NCBI GenBank assembly: GCA_964016885.1
Contig: OZ024746.1
Coordinates: 5,084,001 to 5,148,000 of the forward strand
DNA from: Eledone cirrhosa
Lineage: Eukaryota
Direction of reading: 5' to 3'
DNA: 64,000 nt
In this document: in pieces, positions 42,811-57,998 of the stretch
Position numbering within the stretch: the first letter of the stretch is position 1
Layout of the letters: the number at the start of each line of letters is the position of its first letter
Translations under genes and position numbers: made by a program
Notes under the pieces: generated by a model
Told to the model about the DNA's origin: nothing
Database searches by the model: none
Seen by the model: only the letters and a program-made list of their open reading frames with translations

Positions 42811-43952
42811 TTGAAACCGGTGAAGGTCCATTCCACCTGTCAATTGTAAGAATATCTTTACCTGAAGTTATTGTAGACGTTTCTTTTTTCTGTCGGCTTA
42901 TAAAGAAGACATTACAAATCAAAGATATTAAATGATTCAAACGACAATTTATGGATTAACATAGCACAGTATATTTAGATATGTGTATTGAAATCTATTT
43001 GAGAGTTTCTAATCTGTTCTTCTAGTACAAACTTGTCAGGCAACAAAGTAAAGCATTCATAATAGGCTTTATGAAGGAAATTTGATACAATCCTGTCTTC
43101 TTTTTCAATTTCTAAATCAAAATAGGGCTATCCTCGCCAACTCACGGGAAACTGGTGCAAACAAATTATATCAACGTCAACTCAACGAAAAAAACTAAAC
43201 CTAAACTCCAAAAAACAAAACAAAAACAAAAAGCAAAAAAACACACCAAAAAATCAAACTTTTAATAAAATAAAACAAAATAAACAACAAATACAATCAA
43301 CAAAAACAGCAACAAGAATATAAGAATGGTTTTTATACATTATTATATTTTGTTTACAATATTTTTCTACATTATATTGAGAATTGAATTTCTTATAATT
43401 TATATATATTTTATTGATAAATCATATATTTAAGATGTGGAAAAATGCCATATTCTTCCTTCTAAGAGGAAACAATAAACAAATAACTTAGAGTTTTATG
43501 TTACTTAAAGTTGCCAAATTTTTCTCTTCATTGTCACAATAACAGCGAGAGAAATAAGTTTAGAATTTCACAGAAATATAATTTAAGATCTTGTGTTTGT
43601 CTCTCCACAAGTCTTATAGTTTAAATACACATCCATACACACACACGCGGTAGAAAGAGGTGCCTTTTATTACTATGATAAATAATGTTTTCCCCAATCC
43701 TGTTAAGTCATTTTGGGAGAAGCATCAACTTTCGCAACACTGAACTTAATACATTAAACTAGTAAAATGGCAGAACTTTCCTATCTATTTGTCATAAATC
43801 AATTCATTAGATCTGCAATACAAACATGGCGCTAAAGTGACACTGTTTTTCTAGCCATTTTGTCAGACATTTTCTATCTGTCTCTATGTCTTCCTGTCTG
43901 TCTGTCTCTATGTCTTCCTGTCTGTCTGTCCCTATGTCTTTCTGTCTGTCTG

Positions 43953-44032
<80 letters not shown>

Positions 44033-45349
44033 GCTTTTATCCATCTCTTCATTCATTTATAACGAAAAGAGAGTCAAATGCCTATTTATAATTACAGGTT
44101 GAAACATTTATAGACCTTGTTTATCACAAACAATTGTATGATTTAATTCCCTCAAGAGGAGGCCTTAAGGAAATACCTTGGTCAGTGTGGTCCTGGTTTA
44201 TTTACTTGCAGTAACAGGCTTCTGACATCCATATATAAACAACTATCTTTTTTTAACACTCAATTCGATATAAAATATATATTTATTGTTAGAAGGCCGA
44301 ATTTATATACAGAGAAAGATATAAGAAATGAAAGCAATTACTGGTTGGAGCTAAACAGATACTGTCTAGAACAGAACAGGAACGTTGCATATCTCATGTT
44401 GATAACATACCGCAATAGAACAATGCAGTAAATGTTGAATACGTCTCGTTGATATGTTTTTAGTTCCTCTTCACAGGAAAATACGAGGAATATGTAGGCG
44501 CTATTCCCTAGTACGTCTTCTCATCTTGCTGTCTAGAAGTTTTTTTATGAGGAGACAAAAATGTATTCATACGCAATCTAATACGATTGGTTTGTTTAAC
44601 CAAATCACATATGAAATATTGTTGCAAGGTATGATGTAGTTCCGCTACACATTCATTCATTTTCCCTTCTTTCTTCCTTTCCTTCTTCCTTCCATTATTT
44701 CTCTCCCACGTCGCACTGCCCATCATCTCCTTTCTCACAATACTATTCTTTATCAATCATACTTTCTCCTGTATTGTCCCTTCTCAAGTCCTTTGGAGCC
44801 GGAAGCTACCAGACAGATCACCCTATCACCCTGTACCCTGATGTTGCCCTCATTGATCCACTCTATCAACTCTTTCGTGTCACCCAAAATTTTCCCTCAG
44901 TACATTAATGACCAACACACTGTTTTCTCAGAGCACTTACTCCTCTCGATGTGATACCACACCTCATTTCCCACTAAACTTCCACCTATAGGTGTTATCC
45001 ATATGTAACCTAGTCATTTCAAGTCAAATCTTCACTGCAAAATATTCAGCAATGGACACACGACAAATGTGTTTTCTTCAAATATATATTTCATTGCGTA
45101 CATCAGAGAAAGAACATTGGTTCGTACTTTGTCTTTCCTTGCACAACACTCAACTAAAACTCTAAGAATCTTTACAAATACTAAGCTATACAACTACTAA
45201 TTGCTTCTCATGGCAATCTCATATGTATATGTATAATAAAGCAACAATTAGAACCCAATTAGAATGCCTCTGTAGGCTAAGGCAATAACAAAATAAAACT
45301 GATGCAGTAGATTAAATTGTCGAGTCTATGTGGCAGTTACAAATATCAT

Positions 45350-45720
45350 GCCCAAGATACTCTGGGGCTTCACTATCCAAACACCATAGATTTGATCACA
45401 ACAGAGCTGGTATTGTAGTTATATACAGACACAGGTGTGAATATCAGGTTATTGATGATGTCATCTAAGGAGATTACAACATCACTTGGAAAGAATGGGA
45501 AGAAATAACAAAATATACTGACTTGCTCAAATGTGATCAATACCACCTCACAATGTCAAGACACTTCCGGTTGTTATAGAAGGTTTGGGCTTGATATCAA
45601 TAAAACTGGGAAGGTATCTTATGCAAATGGACCTCGAATCATAAATTGCTCTTGTACAAAATACTGTCCTGTTGGATACCGTATATATACCAAGGAAAGT
45701 GCGGTCTATCTAAGGTCCTT
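45350..45720 (+). mobile_element. Degraded R4/Dong-like RLE fragment
   Basis: KILWGFTIQT..HNRAGIVVI..VID..GDYNITWKEWEEITKYTDL, read across a frameshift. Confidence 0.6.
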
Positions 45721-45749
45721 GTTGAGTCTTGAAGGGCAAAAATTATCAT

Positions 45750-46020
45750 ATTCGTTACTCGATAGAGTGCGTAGCTCGGAGATCAGAGAGTCGCTCCTGG
45801 TAGAACTGCTACTTCTCCGAATTGAAAGATCACAGCTCAGATACTCCGGGCATGTGGTTAGAATGTCTCAGGAAAGAATCACTGGAGAGATTTTACGGGC
45901 AAAACCAATCGACAGAAGACCTAGGGGTAGACAACGAGCAAGATGGTTGAATAACATCTATGCTTTTGGCTGATCTCACTTGGGGATCCAGCCGGATCAG
46001 TTGGAGACAGTTACCCTTAC
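45750..46020 (+). mobile_element. RTE-clade C-terminal fragment
   Basis: LLDRVRSSEIRESL..LLLRIERSQLRYSGHVVRM..RRPRGRQRARW. Confidence 0.8.
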
Positions 46021-46106
46021 GATCCTGTTAGGAATAAGTAGGCGAAGAAAAAAAAAAGAAAAAGAAAAGAGAAGACAGTGCAGGCCATCAATAACAACAG
46101 CAACAA

Positions 46107-46144
<38 letters not shown>

Positions 46145-46380
46145 ATAACAACAACAACAACAAAACAACAATAACAACAACAAAAACGTCTAAAATGCCT
46201 TAAGCTTAATCAATTCTGGTGAAATAGATCGACGTCTAGATAACAACAGCATGGTGTGCATATTTCCGACTAATATAAAAGCATCGCAAAGAAAAGTTAT
46301 TTATACTTATATTGTGGCTTTTCCTTATGAGTTTTAAATCTTGATCTAGCCAAAATACTTTGCGCAAGTGATTTTTTCCC

Positions 46381-46677
46381 ATGCTTATGTACATGCTATA
46401 TGTACATGCTATATGTACATGCTATATGTACATGCTATATGTACATGCTATATGTACATGCTATATGTACATGCTATATGTACATGCTATATGTACATGC
46501 TATATGTACATGCTATATGTACATGCTATATGTACATGCTATATGTACATGCTATATGTACATGCTATATGTACATGCTATATGTACATGCTATATGTAC
46601 ATGCTATATGTACATGCTATATGTACATGCTATATGTACATGCTATATGTACATGCTATATGTACATGCTATATGTA
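46381..46677. repeat. 13-bp minisatellite (tatatgtacatgc), about 22 essentially perfect copies
   Basis: Read directly from the sequence. It produces the 13-aa periodic ORFs. Confidence 0.95.
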
Positions 46678-46843
46678 TTACTGCATTTATTTTCGCATCT
46701 AAGGAAACGTTCCGACAAACAGTAGCTAAACAAAGAATTAATGCAAAAATATTCACTATACATATTTTCACATGCACACACACATTATATGTGTGAATGC
46801 GTTAATGTACCACACACATATATATATATATATTTATAGGCGG

Positions 46844-46874
<31 letters not shown>

Positions 46875-46957
46875 ATATATATATATATATATATTCATAC
46901 ACACACATATGTACGTAGGCATATATATAAGCCTACGTACACATATTCACACGCATA

Positions 46958-46994
<37 letters not shown>

Positions 46995-47410
46995 ACATAC
47001 ACATTTTTGTGCAAATGTGTCAATGCACACACAAACTCACACATATATATCCATATATATATCCATATATATATATACATATACACGTAGTTGTGTATGT
47101 GCCAGATATACTTAACATTTTGTGTGCATTTGATTTCACATTTGCACATAGTCTTTCTCCATATTTTACTTTACCACTTTCATATTTTTTCACTTTCTTC
47201 CTTTCTGTGTACGCTTGATGTGTATAGAAGCAATGACCCAAGTACAGTGTTGTAATCTTCCAAAGTAAACCGGCACCAAGCGGTTTTATCATGATCATCT
47301 GCTTTCTACTAAGTAATACATATAAATCCTAAAACTAAAAGCAAGCCACCACAACTATCGATACTGAATCCATTGCCAACAGTATGAAAAGAACAAGAAA
47401 CAAACAAGAA

Positions 47411-47655
47411 ACAACAACAACTCCAACAACAAATATTACGACAGAAATAGCAGCAACAATAATATAACATCTAACATCAACATGGAACAACAACAACAAC
47501 TCCAACAACAAATATTACGACAGAAATAGCAGCAACAATAATATAACATCTAACATCAACATGGAACACAACAACAACAACAACTCCAACAACAAATATT
47601 ACGACAGAAATAGCAGCAACAATAATATAACATCTAACATCAACATGGAACACAA
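47411..47655. repeat. Three tandem ~80-bp units
   Basis: ctccaacaacaaatattacgacagaaatagcagc...catggaac occurs three times, differing in CAA-tract length. Confidence 0.9.
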
Positions 47656-47939
47656 TAACAACAACAGCAACATCAAGAGAAGTTGTTATAGACGTGACAA
47701 CAAGAACAGTTATAGCATCACTACAGCATCGACAACAATAAATATATGAAATAATAACATGAAGAAAACAGTAAATATAGCATCCAAGTCAATATAAAGA
47801 GCAATAATAACTATACTACTACTACTACTACTACTACTAATACTACTACTATACTACTACTATACTGCTACTACTATACTACTACCACCACCACCACCAC
47901 CACCACCACTACTACAACTACTACTACTACTACTACTAA

Positions 47940-48478
47940 TGATTTCTGATTTAGGCACAAGGCCAGCAATTTTTTTTGCGGGGGCAAGTTGATTAAATCG
48001 ACACGAGTGCATTACTGGTACTTCATTTTATCGACCCCGTAAAAGTGAACTCAGAACATAAATATATGTTGCAAAGCATGTGAGATGCTCTACCGATACT
48101 GCCAATCTACCGCACTACTTCCTATAGTAATTGTCTCTACATTTGGCACAACACCGATTACAGCTATTTTAACGACCCCATAAGGATGAAAAGCATAGCT
48201 TAACCTCGGCGAGATTTGAACGTAAAGAATCGCCAAGCAGGCTACCCGATGCTCTATCGATACTACTAATCCACCGCCCTACCTCATATAATTGTTTCTA
48301 CTTTAGGCACAAGGCCAGCAATTACCCAGTACATTTCTGGTACTTTACTTTATCGGCCCCGTAAGGATGAAAGGCAAAGTTAACCTCGGCGGGATTTGAA
48401 CTCAGACTGTAAAGGGACGTAACTATGCTAGAAATCATGGCGTCCAACCCTCTACCGATACTGCCAATCCACCGCCCT
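47940..48478 (-). mobile_element. Three tandem Meta-core SINEs
   Basis: Approximately 47940-48113, 48128-48278 and 48290-48478. ctacctcatataat is duplicated around the third. Confidence 0.8.
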
Positions 48479-48870
48479 ACCTCATATAATAGTAATAGCT
48501 TCTTATACAATCCGGGACAGGTATAGTTGATTTTATCAACCACACAAAGGTTAATGACAAAACCAACGTCATTGGAATTAGAAAGCAGAGTGTAAAAACA
48601 TGTGACTACATACATACCACGTTTAATACGTCGCTCTAGCAGTTCTGCTACCCACTGCATTGTCAACGAAACAGAATATTAACATTTACGGAGAGATATT
48701 TGTTCTATGTTTATAAACCAAACATGTGCAAAACTTCTCATATTGGTAAAGTCTTAGTATTGAAACATGAAAGAATGTTGCTCTTTTATCGCATGAAGTT
48801 CCTTCAGGCGAGTATATTACCATCTCATGATACCGTCTTTCTCTTGGTCAAATACGTAGAAGTCTGAATT

Positions 48871-48926
<56 letters not shown>

Positions 48927-48927
<1 letters not shown>

Positions 48928-49295
48928 CGAAGGAAATGTGGTAAGGCACGAGATGGACCATAACGCACCAAAGTACTCAATACTTAGGGTAGTAGAGTGG
49001 GTAATAGGAACGAGTAGGACCCCGACGGCTGAGCTCAAGCAGTTTCGACGGCTAATTCTGGACCAGAATTAGCCGTCGAAACGGCTTGAGCTCAGCCGTC
49101 GGGGTCCCACTCGTTCCTATATATATATATATATTTATAACAAAGGAATTGTGGTAAGGAACCAGATGGACCATAACGCACCAGAGTACTCAATACTTAG
49201 GGTAGTAGAGTGGGAAATAGGAAAAAGTATGACCCCGACGGCAGAGCTCAAGCCGTCGAAACGGCTTGAGCTCTGCGGTCGGGGTCATACTTTTT

Positions 49296-49300
<5 letters not shown>
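48927..49300 (-). mobile_element. Two tandem fold-back copies of the gaccccgacggc family separated by (TA)n
   Basis: Palindromes at about 49004-49120 and 49217-49300. Confidence 0.8.
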
Positions 49301-49342
<42 letters not shown>

Positions 49343-49349
<7 letters not shown>

Positions 49350-49496
49350 ATTAACAAAATAATGAATAAAACAATGAAACAGTTCCTTATATTAAACAAA
49401 AAAAGTTCATTATTTAACGATCGTTCTTTTTTTGTTTTTTTGTTTAATATAAGGAACTGTTTCATTGTTTTATTCATTATTTTTTTAATACTTTAT
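49343..49496. repeat. Inverted repeat with ~61-bp arms adjoining (TA)n
   Basis: ataaagtattaacaaaataatgaataaaacaatgaaacagttccttatattaaacaaaaaa and its reverse complement. Confidence 0.85.
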
Positions 49497-49913
49497 CTTG
49501 ACTCTGTATTCCGTTTATCTTTCACCGAAAGTGATTTTTGAGTGCATCTCTTCTTTCCATGATATCCAGATTACATTGAGTTCTTCATACGGATTGGACA
49601 CTACCGTAAACTCTTGGTAGATTTATCTACATATATATATATATATATATATATTTTAAAATAAAGATATATGCTTCATACATTTTACTTTTACTTGACT
49701 CAATCATGGAGCATCGTATTGAAGGCTTGTATTGATCACACCGACACTAGTATGAGAAATTAATAAAGTACAGAGATTACACGTTGTAAATTATACTAAT
49801 AGATTAACTTTCGGGTATAGAAAATATCTATATTTCATTCCTGACATGTTGATGAGATTCCAGGACAAGGGATCCGAAATCAAGTTATGCGGACAATGGA
49901 TTCGTATATATTA

Positions 49914-49957
<44 letters not shown>

Positions 49958-49994
49958 TGTATGTATGCATATATATATATATACATATATATTC

Positions 49995-50148
<154 letters not shown>

Positions 50149-50408
50149 GCTTGTATGTGTGTAGGCGTATGTATTTCAGTTTATTAAAGAGCTCGTGCTG
50201 GTGTGAATGTTATTTGGTGATGCGTTCATGCCTGTAGCCAGAGACTTAGAATGTTCAACAATGAGATAGCGAGGCGGAATATCTTACATCATTTATTCTT
50301 TTAGTAACATAAACCGAACTGAACAATCAAGTGGAAGCTAGGAATTAATCAGTGTGTTCTATATTAATATAATGTATATAATAATATAGAGCCGTCCCTC
50401 TACACACA

Positions 50409-50450
<42 letters not shown>

Positions 50451-50583
50451 TTGGGTATAAATGATTAAATTCGGTACATATGTATGGATGTACATTTTAT
50501 GTAAGAATATATATATATATATATATATATTCGTTCATACAAATTTATATATATATAGCCATTCTTATAAATCTCTCTATGTT

Positions 50584-50614
<31 letters not shown>

Positions 50615-50635
50615 ATGCATATATATGTATGTGTG

Positions 50636-50723
<88 letters not shown>

Positions 50724-50981
50724 TACATAAATATATATATATATATATACATAAATATATATATATATACACACACACATATATATATATATATACATAT
50801 GTATAAGTATAAATACATATATATATATCTATACATATACATATATATAAATATAACACAAGAGGAAGAATGAAGAGTTCATTCTACTGACATGGCTATA
50901 AAATTGAGGCTTGTTTGCATAATTGCAAACGAATCGAATGAATGTAATTATTAATATTCGAAAAACTCAGATTACATTTAA

Positions 50982-51038
<57 letters not shown>

Positions 51039-51150
51039 TATGTATACGTACATACATATATGTATACAGACGTACAGTAGTATGTATACATTCTTATATT
51101 TAAGTAACAGCCGTACTAAGAGTGAGAAAAGAAATTTCGTTTCATTTTTT

Positions 51151-51199
<49 letters not shown>

Positions 51200-51485
51200 C
51201 CAATATATATATAAACACACGAGTAGTATATATAATTGGTGATTTACTTTACGTGAGCGCATGTGCGCGCGCATTCGTGTTTTTTGCTGTGCATATGATT
51301 ATATATATACACACACATACTCACACGCACATACTCATACAACCACGCAAACACACACAGATATCATGCACACATCCATTTGCTTATAAAAGATTTATTG
51401 CTCATGGAGCTTGTAATCGATACGACTACTGCTGCTCCTGCTACTACTACTACAAGTACTACAACTACTAGTGCTACTACTACTG

Positions 51486-51563
<78 letters not shown>

Positions 51564-51760
51564 TATGTATATATACTGTATATATATATATATATTTGTA
51601 TATATATTTATGTGTTTATATATGTATGCATGTAAGTATGTTTGTATGTATGTATGTATGTATGTATGTATGTATGTATGTATGTATGTATGTATGTATG
51701 TATGTATGTATGCATGTATGTATGTAAGTAGGTGTATGTATGTATGTATGTAAGTAGGTG

Positions 51761-51876
<116 letters not shown>

Positions 51877-52225
51877 AGTAGGTGTATTTGTGCGAGTGTA
51901 TACGTGTGTATGTGTACATGTCTACTATGTCTACTGAATCTAAAATCCAGCCATAGTTTCAAGATATTTTCCTAACAAAGGATCCCAGCTAAGTTGATGG
52001 TTCCTTAGGGATAGAAACATAGATTTGGATTGTGTGTCATTATTGCAGGGGACATGTTGCAGAGATGAACCTTTATAGAAGCTATGGCATTCTTTGCTAA
52101 AATATATACAATCGACGTATGAATTTACAGCAGGCTCAGCAATATGTATGTATGTATGTATGCATGTATGTATGTATGTATGTATGTATGTATGTATGTA
52201 TGTATGTATGTATGTATGTATGACC

Positions 52226-52475
52226 CCTTAGCCTTTGTCAAGGCAGAATTCTAGGAGGAGGAAAACTCTGATATAACACCTGCAACCCTGATGGTATCCA
52301 ATGATGTTGACTTGTTCTTCTTTTTGGTAAATATCATCTTGGTGAAGAGAGTGGGACTGGCTTTGTGCAGTGCCTTTGCTCACTATAAAAGCTTCACGGC
52401 ACAGGCATTGCTTTATATCTGGAGATCTCTCTGTACTTGTCGTCACATGGTACCATGGGCCTGTGTCAATAATTC
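52226..52475 (+). mobile_element. Second copy of the 15148-15383 segment
   Basis: About 5 differences in 236 bp. Confidence 0.85.
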
Positions 52476-52592
52476 TTTGGAGAAAAATAAGTAAATACAC
52501 ATGTAGCCACTACCACATGACCACATGTATATGTGTATCTATGTATGTGTGTGTATGTATGTATGTGTGTGTGTATATATGTATGTGTGTAT

Positions 52593-53147
52593 GCTATCTC
52601 TCTCAATTTCGAGTATATTTTTTTGACCGGCCACCTTCCTGCTGGCAAGGTTGTAAAAGAAAAGAAATTGTGATCCCTTAAATCGCAAGAATGTTTTGCA
52701 AATTTTGAAGGTGCCAACTATCGCAGCCATTTGTAGACTATGAAGTAGGGAGCTGCGTTCTTTGTCCGCAAATCCTAGTTCTGTTATACATTGGTCCAAG
52801 CGGGTTGATATATAACCCGTAGCACCAATAATGATGGGTATGAAGCTAAAGGTTTATCTTGGATACTGGATTTGCAAACTCCTCATCAATGGTTCGTAGA
52901 TGTCCTCCTTCTCCTGTATTTTTCTGACAACGTTTACATCAAGTGGGCAGCTGATCTCCACAACAGAACACGTTTTCAATGTGTGGTCCCAAACAACAAT
53001 ATCAGGCCGGTTGTGCTTTAATTTGGTGGCAGTTTTTATTTTCAGCAGCCACCAGTATTCCTTAGTGCCATCTGTCTCAATATATTCTTCCTCGTTTGTT
53101 GTTAATTTTGTTTTCCGAAGTGCGTTCCAGATGCTTCTAGCTATCCC
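52593..53147 (-). mobile_element. 5'-truncated R4/Dong-like LINE (RLE plus 3' UTR) inside (TACA)n
   Basis: [59 protein letters not shown], with one frameshift near 52855. Confidence 0.85.
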
Positions 53148-53267
53148 ATGTATGTATGTATGTATGTATGTATGTATGTATGTATGTATGTATGTATGTA
53201 TGTATGTATGTATGTATGTGCAGGTATGGATGTTATTGTATGTGTGTATGTGTGCGGGTCTGTCTCG

Positions 53268-53348
<81 letters not shown>

Positions 53349-53394
53349 GCATATATACAGCGAGACAGACCCGCACACATACACGCATATATAT

Positions 53395-53497
<103 letters not shown>

Positions 53498-54267
53498 CTT
53501 TGACCAGTGTATTTCAATAATCAATGTCAGTTATGATAAAACTTTGAAGAAACTGGAAGCACGTAATTATCAAATGTTGTACGAAATAAAGAAATTGTAC
53601 TATTTGTCAATGAAACATGAGTTTATAGCGGATGTCATTTATCAATGCTAGCCTTAAAGCATGCAATATATTTAATGCATGTGTAATATGGATCGTCATC
53701 ATGTTTGTGGATGAATGTTAAGGATGTATTATAAGAATTTTAAGCTTCAAACATTGGAAAAAAAAGAGAAAACAATACAACAACAAAATCAAAACAAAGC
53801 GAAAAATAAAATAATACAAACAACAGAATCTTCGGCAGCTCAAATAAATGAGAAAATGTCTGAACCGTTCTGGAAGTCAGTTGTTCAAATGTTTGATCAA
53901 AAGGTCAGATTGAAATGCCAGCAAAAAATCCAGGAGTTTCTATTGAAAAGGAATGAAGAGCTTCCACATGTTTAATGGCGGTTATTAATTGTATACCTGT
54001 TAAGTCAGCAAATTGACAAGAAGCCAGTGATGGAGGCTATGTAACACCACCTGCTAGAAATGGCAGCTAATAAATTATAAACAAAGGTCTTAAGAAAGGA
54101 CAGGAAGGATAAAAAGCCATGTTTGTGGAGCTCATGCTTAAGTATCAAGCGATGGCATTATTCGAAATCGAGATTTAGCCATCATATATGTACGTATATA
54201 TGTACGTATATATGTATGTATGTATGTATGTATGTACGTATATATGTATGTATGTATGTATGTATGT

Positions 54268-54950
54268 TCTGGTTTTATACTTTTATAAATTTTTATCAAT
54301 AGAGAGAGTCGGTTTCTAATATAGACACAAGACTCTCTCATTGGAATTTACAAAACATCAACGAGGTAGATATGTTTGCATGTCTGCATGCATGCATGTG
54401 TAGGTATTGATGTTATTGTATGTGTGGATGTGTATGTTTTGAGTTATATGCGCGCATATGTATATGCTTAGTATCTGTACATGTGTATATGCAGTTATTA
54501 GATGCAACATTGTTTTGGAATGTTTTACATATTTTTATTGTTCGATTAATGGATTGTACTTGTAATTTCCTAGCTAGTTGTGTTCTTTCTGTTTCTGTGA
54601 AGCCCAGCTTCACAAGATTTGTATTGAGGCAGTTACTAACATACCCCAGTGCCCCAATAATCACAGGTATAAATCTGAAGGTATAGTCAGGGTGGAGTAT
54701 CTGCAGATTTCTTATCAGTTCTGCATAAATATTCTCCTTTTCGCTAATCTTTGATATTATATTGGCATCTGCTGAGCAGCTAACTTCCACTACTGTGCAT
54801 GCCTTCTTTTCCCTGTGCCATATCATTATATCTGGTCTGTTATGTCTGCATTTTATTGGGGTTTTGACTGGAACATTCCACCAGTACTCTTTCATATTAT
54901 GTATATGTATGTCTTCTACAATGCTGTAGCTTTTAATGTGTTTATTATCG
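54268..54950 (-). mobile_element. 5'-truncated R4/Dong-like LINE (second family) inside (TACA)n
   Basis: EYWWNVPVKT..HNRPDIMIW..VVEVSC..EKENIY..FIPVIIGALG..TIKICKTF. A putative 3' UTR stem gagagagtc/gactctctc is at 54302-54339. Confidence 0.8.
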
Positions 54951-55002
54951 TATGTATGTATGTATGTATGTATGTATGTATGTATGTATGTATGTATGTA
55001 TG

Positions 55003-55033
<31 letters not shown>

Positions 55034-55280
55034 CAGCCGTCTGGCATAAAGAGAGATGCATGGCTTGTTTTCTGCAAGTGTCTACGCGCACCCTTCTTCC
55101 GTCTTCAAGGATAGTTTAGCCAATATATTCGCCTATTTCATAGTTAATATAAGCATTTTGGCAGTTTTTCATAAGAATATCAGATTTGATTTCAAATTTT
55201 TAAACTTGCTCAATATTTTCGTAAACGTTTCGGTATATACATATATATATATACATGCATACATACATATATGTGTGTGC

Positions 55281-55349
<69 letters not shown>

Positions 55350-55687
55350 TATATATGTGTGTGTGTGTGTATGAGAGAAGGCTGTATATATATATATATA
55401 TGTAATCAATTAAATCGGAAAGGAAGGGGTAAATATGCTAAACACTATTGTATGTGAACTATCTAATTTCGGTAAAGAAACCAACCGCATTTTTATAAAA
55501 AGTTTTACTTTATCAACACTCCCCACCCTCACTCCTACCACTACCACCACCACCACCACCACCACCACCACTAATAATAATAAAGCCAAAACTTTCGCAG
55601 GCAGCCATAACAAAACATAATATAGGTAACTTAGCTTAGAGCACTCAACTGAATGAAATGCAATATATATATATATATACACACACA

Positions 55688-55808
<121 letters not shown>

Positions 55809-56536
55809 GTTTATATATATATACATATATATAGATATATATATATATAAATATAAATATGCATGTATATATATATAAATATAAATATGCATGTATATAT
55901 ATATAAATATAAATATGTATAAGTATGTATATATATAAATACAAATATATATTTATATTTATATATATATATAATTTTAAAAAAGGGAGGAAGACAAGAC
56001 TGCAAAAATAAAATCGAACCTTATTTGCTTCTTTTAAACATTTCTGCGATATCTGGTGCGAAACAAAATAATGAGTTAATATAATTCTTGAAAAAAACAC
56101 AAAAAAAAAAAGAAAAGAAAACAAAATGATATTTGAAGTAATCTGACTATTGGTTTTATTTAAAAAAAATTCCACCCATGTACTAATGTTGTTTTTATGG
56201 TGTTACAGTAGAACGTTTCATGAAAGAGTTTCAGATGACCCCTAACAGAGTTTGCCAATCTATATTTTATAATATATAACACTATGATTACTTGCACAGT
56301 ACTGGTTAATTGCAATATTTTGAAATGTTCTACAACAGGAAATTAGATCAAATAAAGAAATATGCAATCGATTCGTAAGGGAAGCATTTTGCATGTCATG
56401 TGAAAAGAAAAATATATATTTGATATATTTCGACAAATTTGTAGTAAGTAATATTAATAAATGATAATAATGATACCATTACCACCATCCCTACCACTAC
56501 AACATCACCACCTACATGACCACCAACAACAACACT

Positions 56537-56598
<62 letters not shown>

Positions 56599-56675
56599 AA
56601 ACGGCGACGACAATGTCAACAATAACAACAGCGACGACAACAACGATAGCAGCAACAAAAATGCAATAATAATGA

Positions 56676-56722
<47 letters not shown>

Positions 56723-57876
56723 ATAAATCTGAAAAAAGCCCCATAAAGAACAAAAATATGATTGCTTACATCCTAATATTAGAAAGTAAGCCATGAAAAA
56801 GAACAAGATACATTGGAAATCATAGCAGAAACGGTATCCAAATGAAAACCATAGAATCAGTCTTTTTAATACTTGGCTTATTTTAGTTGGTATTTTTGTT
56901 GTGGGAATTGCTAGAGAATGTTACAGAAACATTATTGGATGAGAGAGAAAAAAGTGAGAAAAGCTCTAATATGGGAATGGAGCAAATAATTATTACAACA
57001 TTGTTGATAACCAGCAGTTCACAAGTTAGTCTTGGCAACATGCCTCAGCTATGACAATAAGTCTTCTCATAATATCCACTCAACCATGAGAACTTTACTT
57101 GCCCAAGCTGGAACAGTAAACAAAAAGGACATGTTGAAATGTTGAAAAATGGAAATGGTTGTTCATGAACAGTTATTTTTCTTAAGAAGAATAAATATAA
57201 AATAACTTCAATAATGAGTGAAGGAGCTTCTAAATAGTTTCTCGACTAGCACAATATAGCAGCAATATTTACTCCAACAAAATTCTTACCGGTTTTAAAA
57301 TGGAAACTCACTGTGAAATATTTAATCAGTATAGTCTACCGTAAAGGTGGGGGTAGTCATGTTAGAACAGAACAGAAATATTTGAGAATCTAAACTAGCA
57401 GTTACTCTTAAGACATCTTAGCTATGTCTGTTGTAGTTCAACTAAGTAGCACAAGCACTTCATACAATTAAGTCTTTAGTGGAAAAAAAAAAAACCACCT
57501 TTCTTAACTCAACATATTTGAGGAGCGAAAGAACTGTGAACCTACCAAATATTACATGGTACATATCAACAAATGGCATACAGCAACATGTTCTCTGGAA
57601 TAACAAATGTCAATGTCTTTGTGATAGTTCCTAGGGACAGTATTTATGTGGTACTTCCTTCCTTCAGAAATTACAGCTAAATATCATTCAAAGACAAATT
57701 GGATAATGTGGTCCTGGATGCCTTAGCTCTGCAAACAAGACAAGATGACCTTAGTTAATGTATCTACGATCATATATCTCGACGAGGGTTGACATTCGTT
57801 AACCAATTAAAGACTTCATTATTATGTTTATAAAACACAGTTTGACCTGGAGAGGTGGAGAAGATACGAACAGTCA

Positions 57877-57998
<122 letters not shown>

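Noticed and set aside
46381-47655. CRISPR-like appearance of the tandem arrays
   Set aside because: There are no unique spacers and no cas genes, and the context is eukaryotic.
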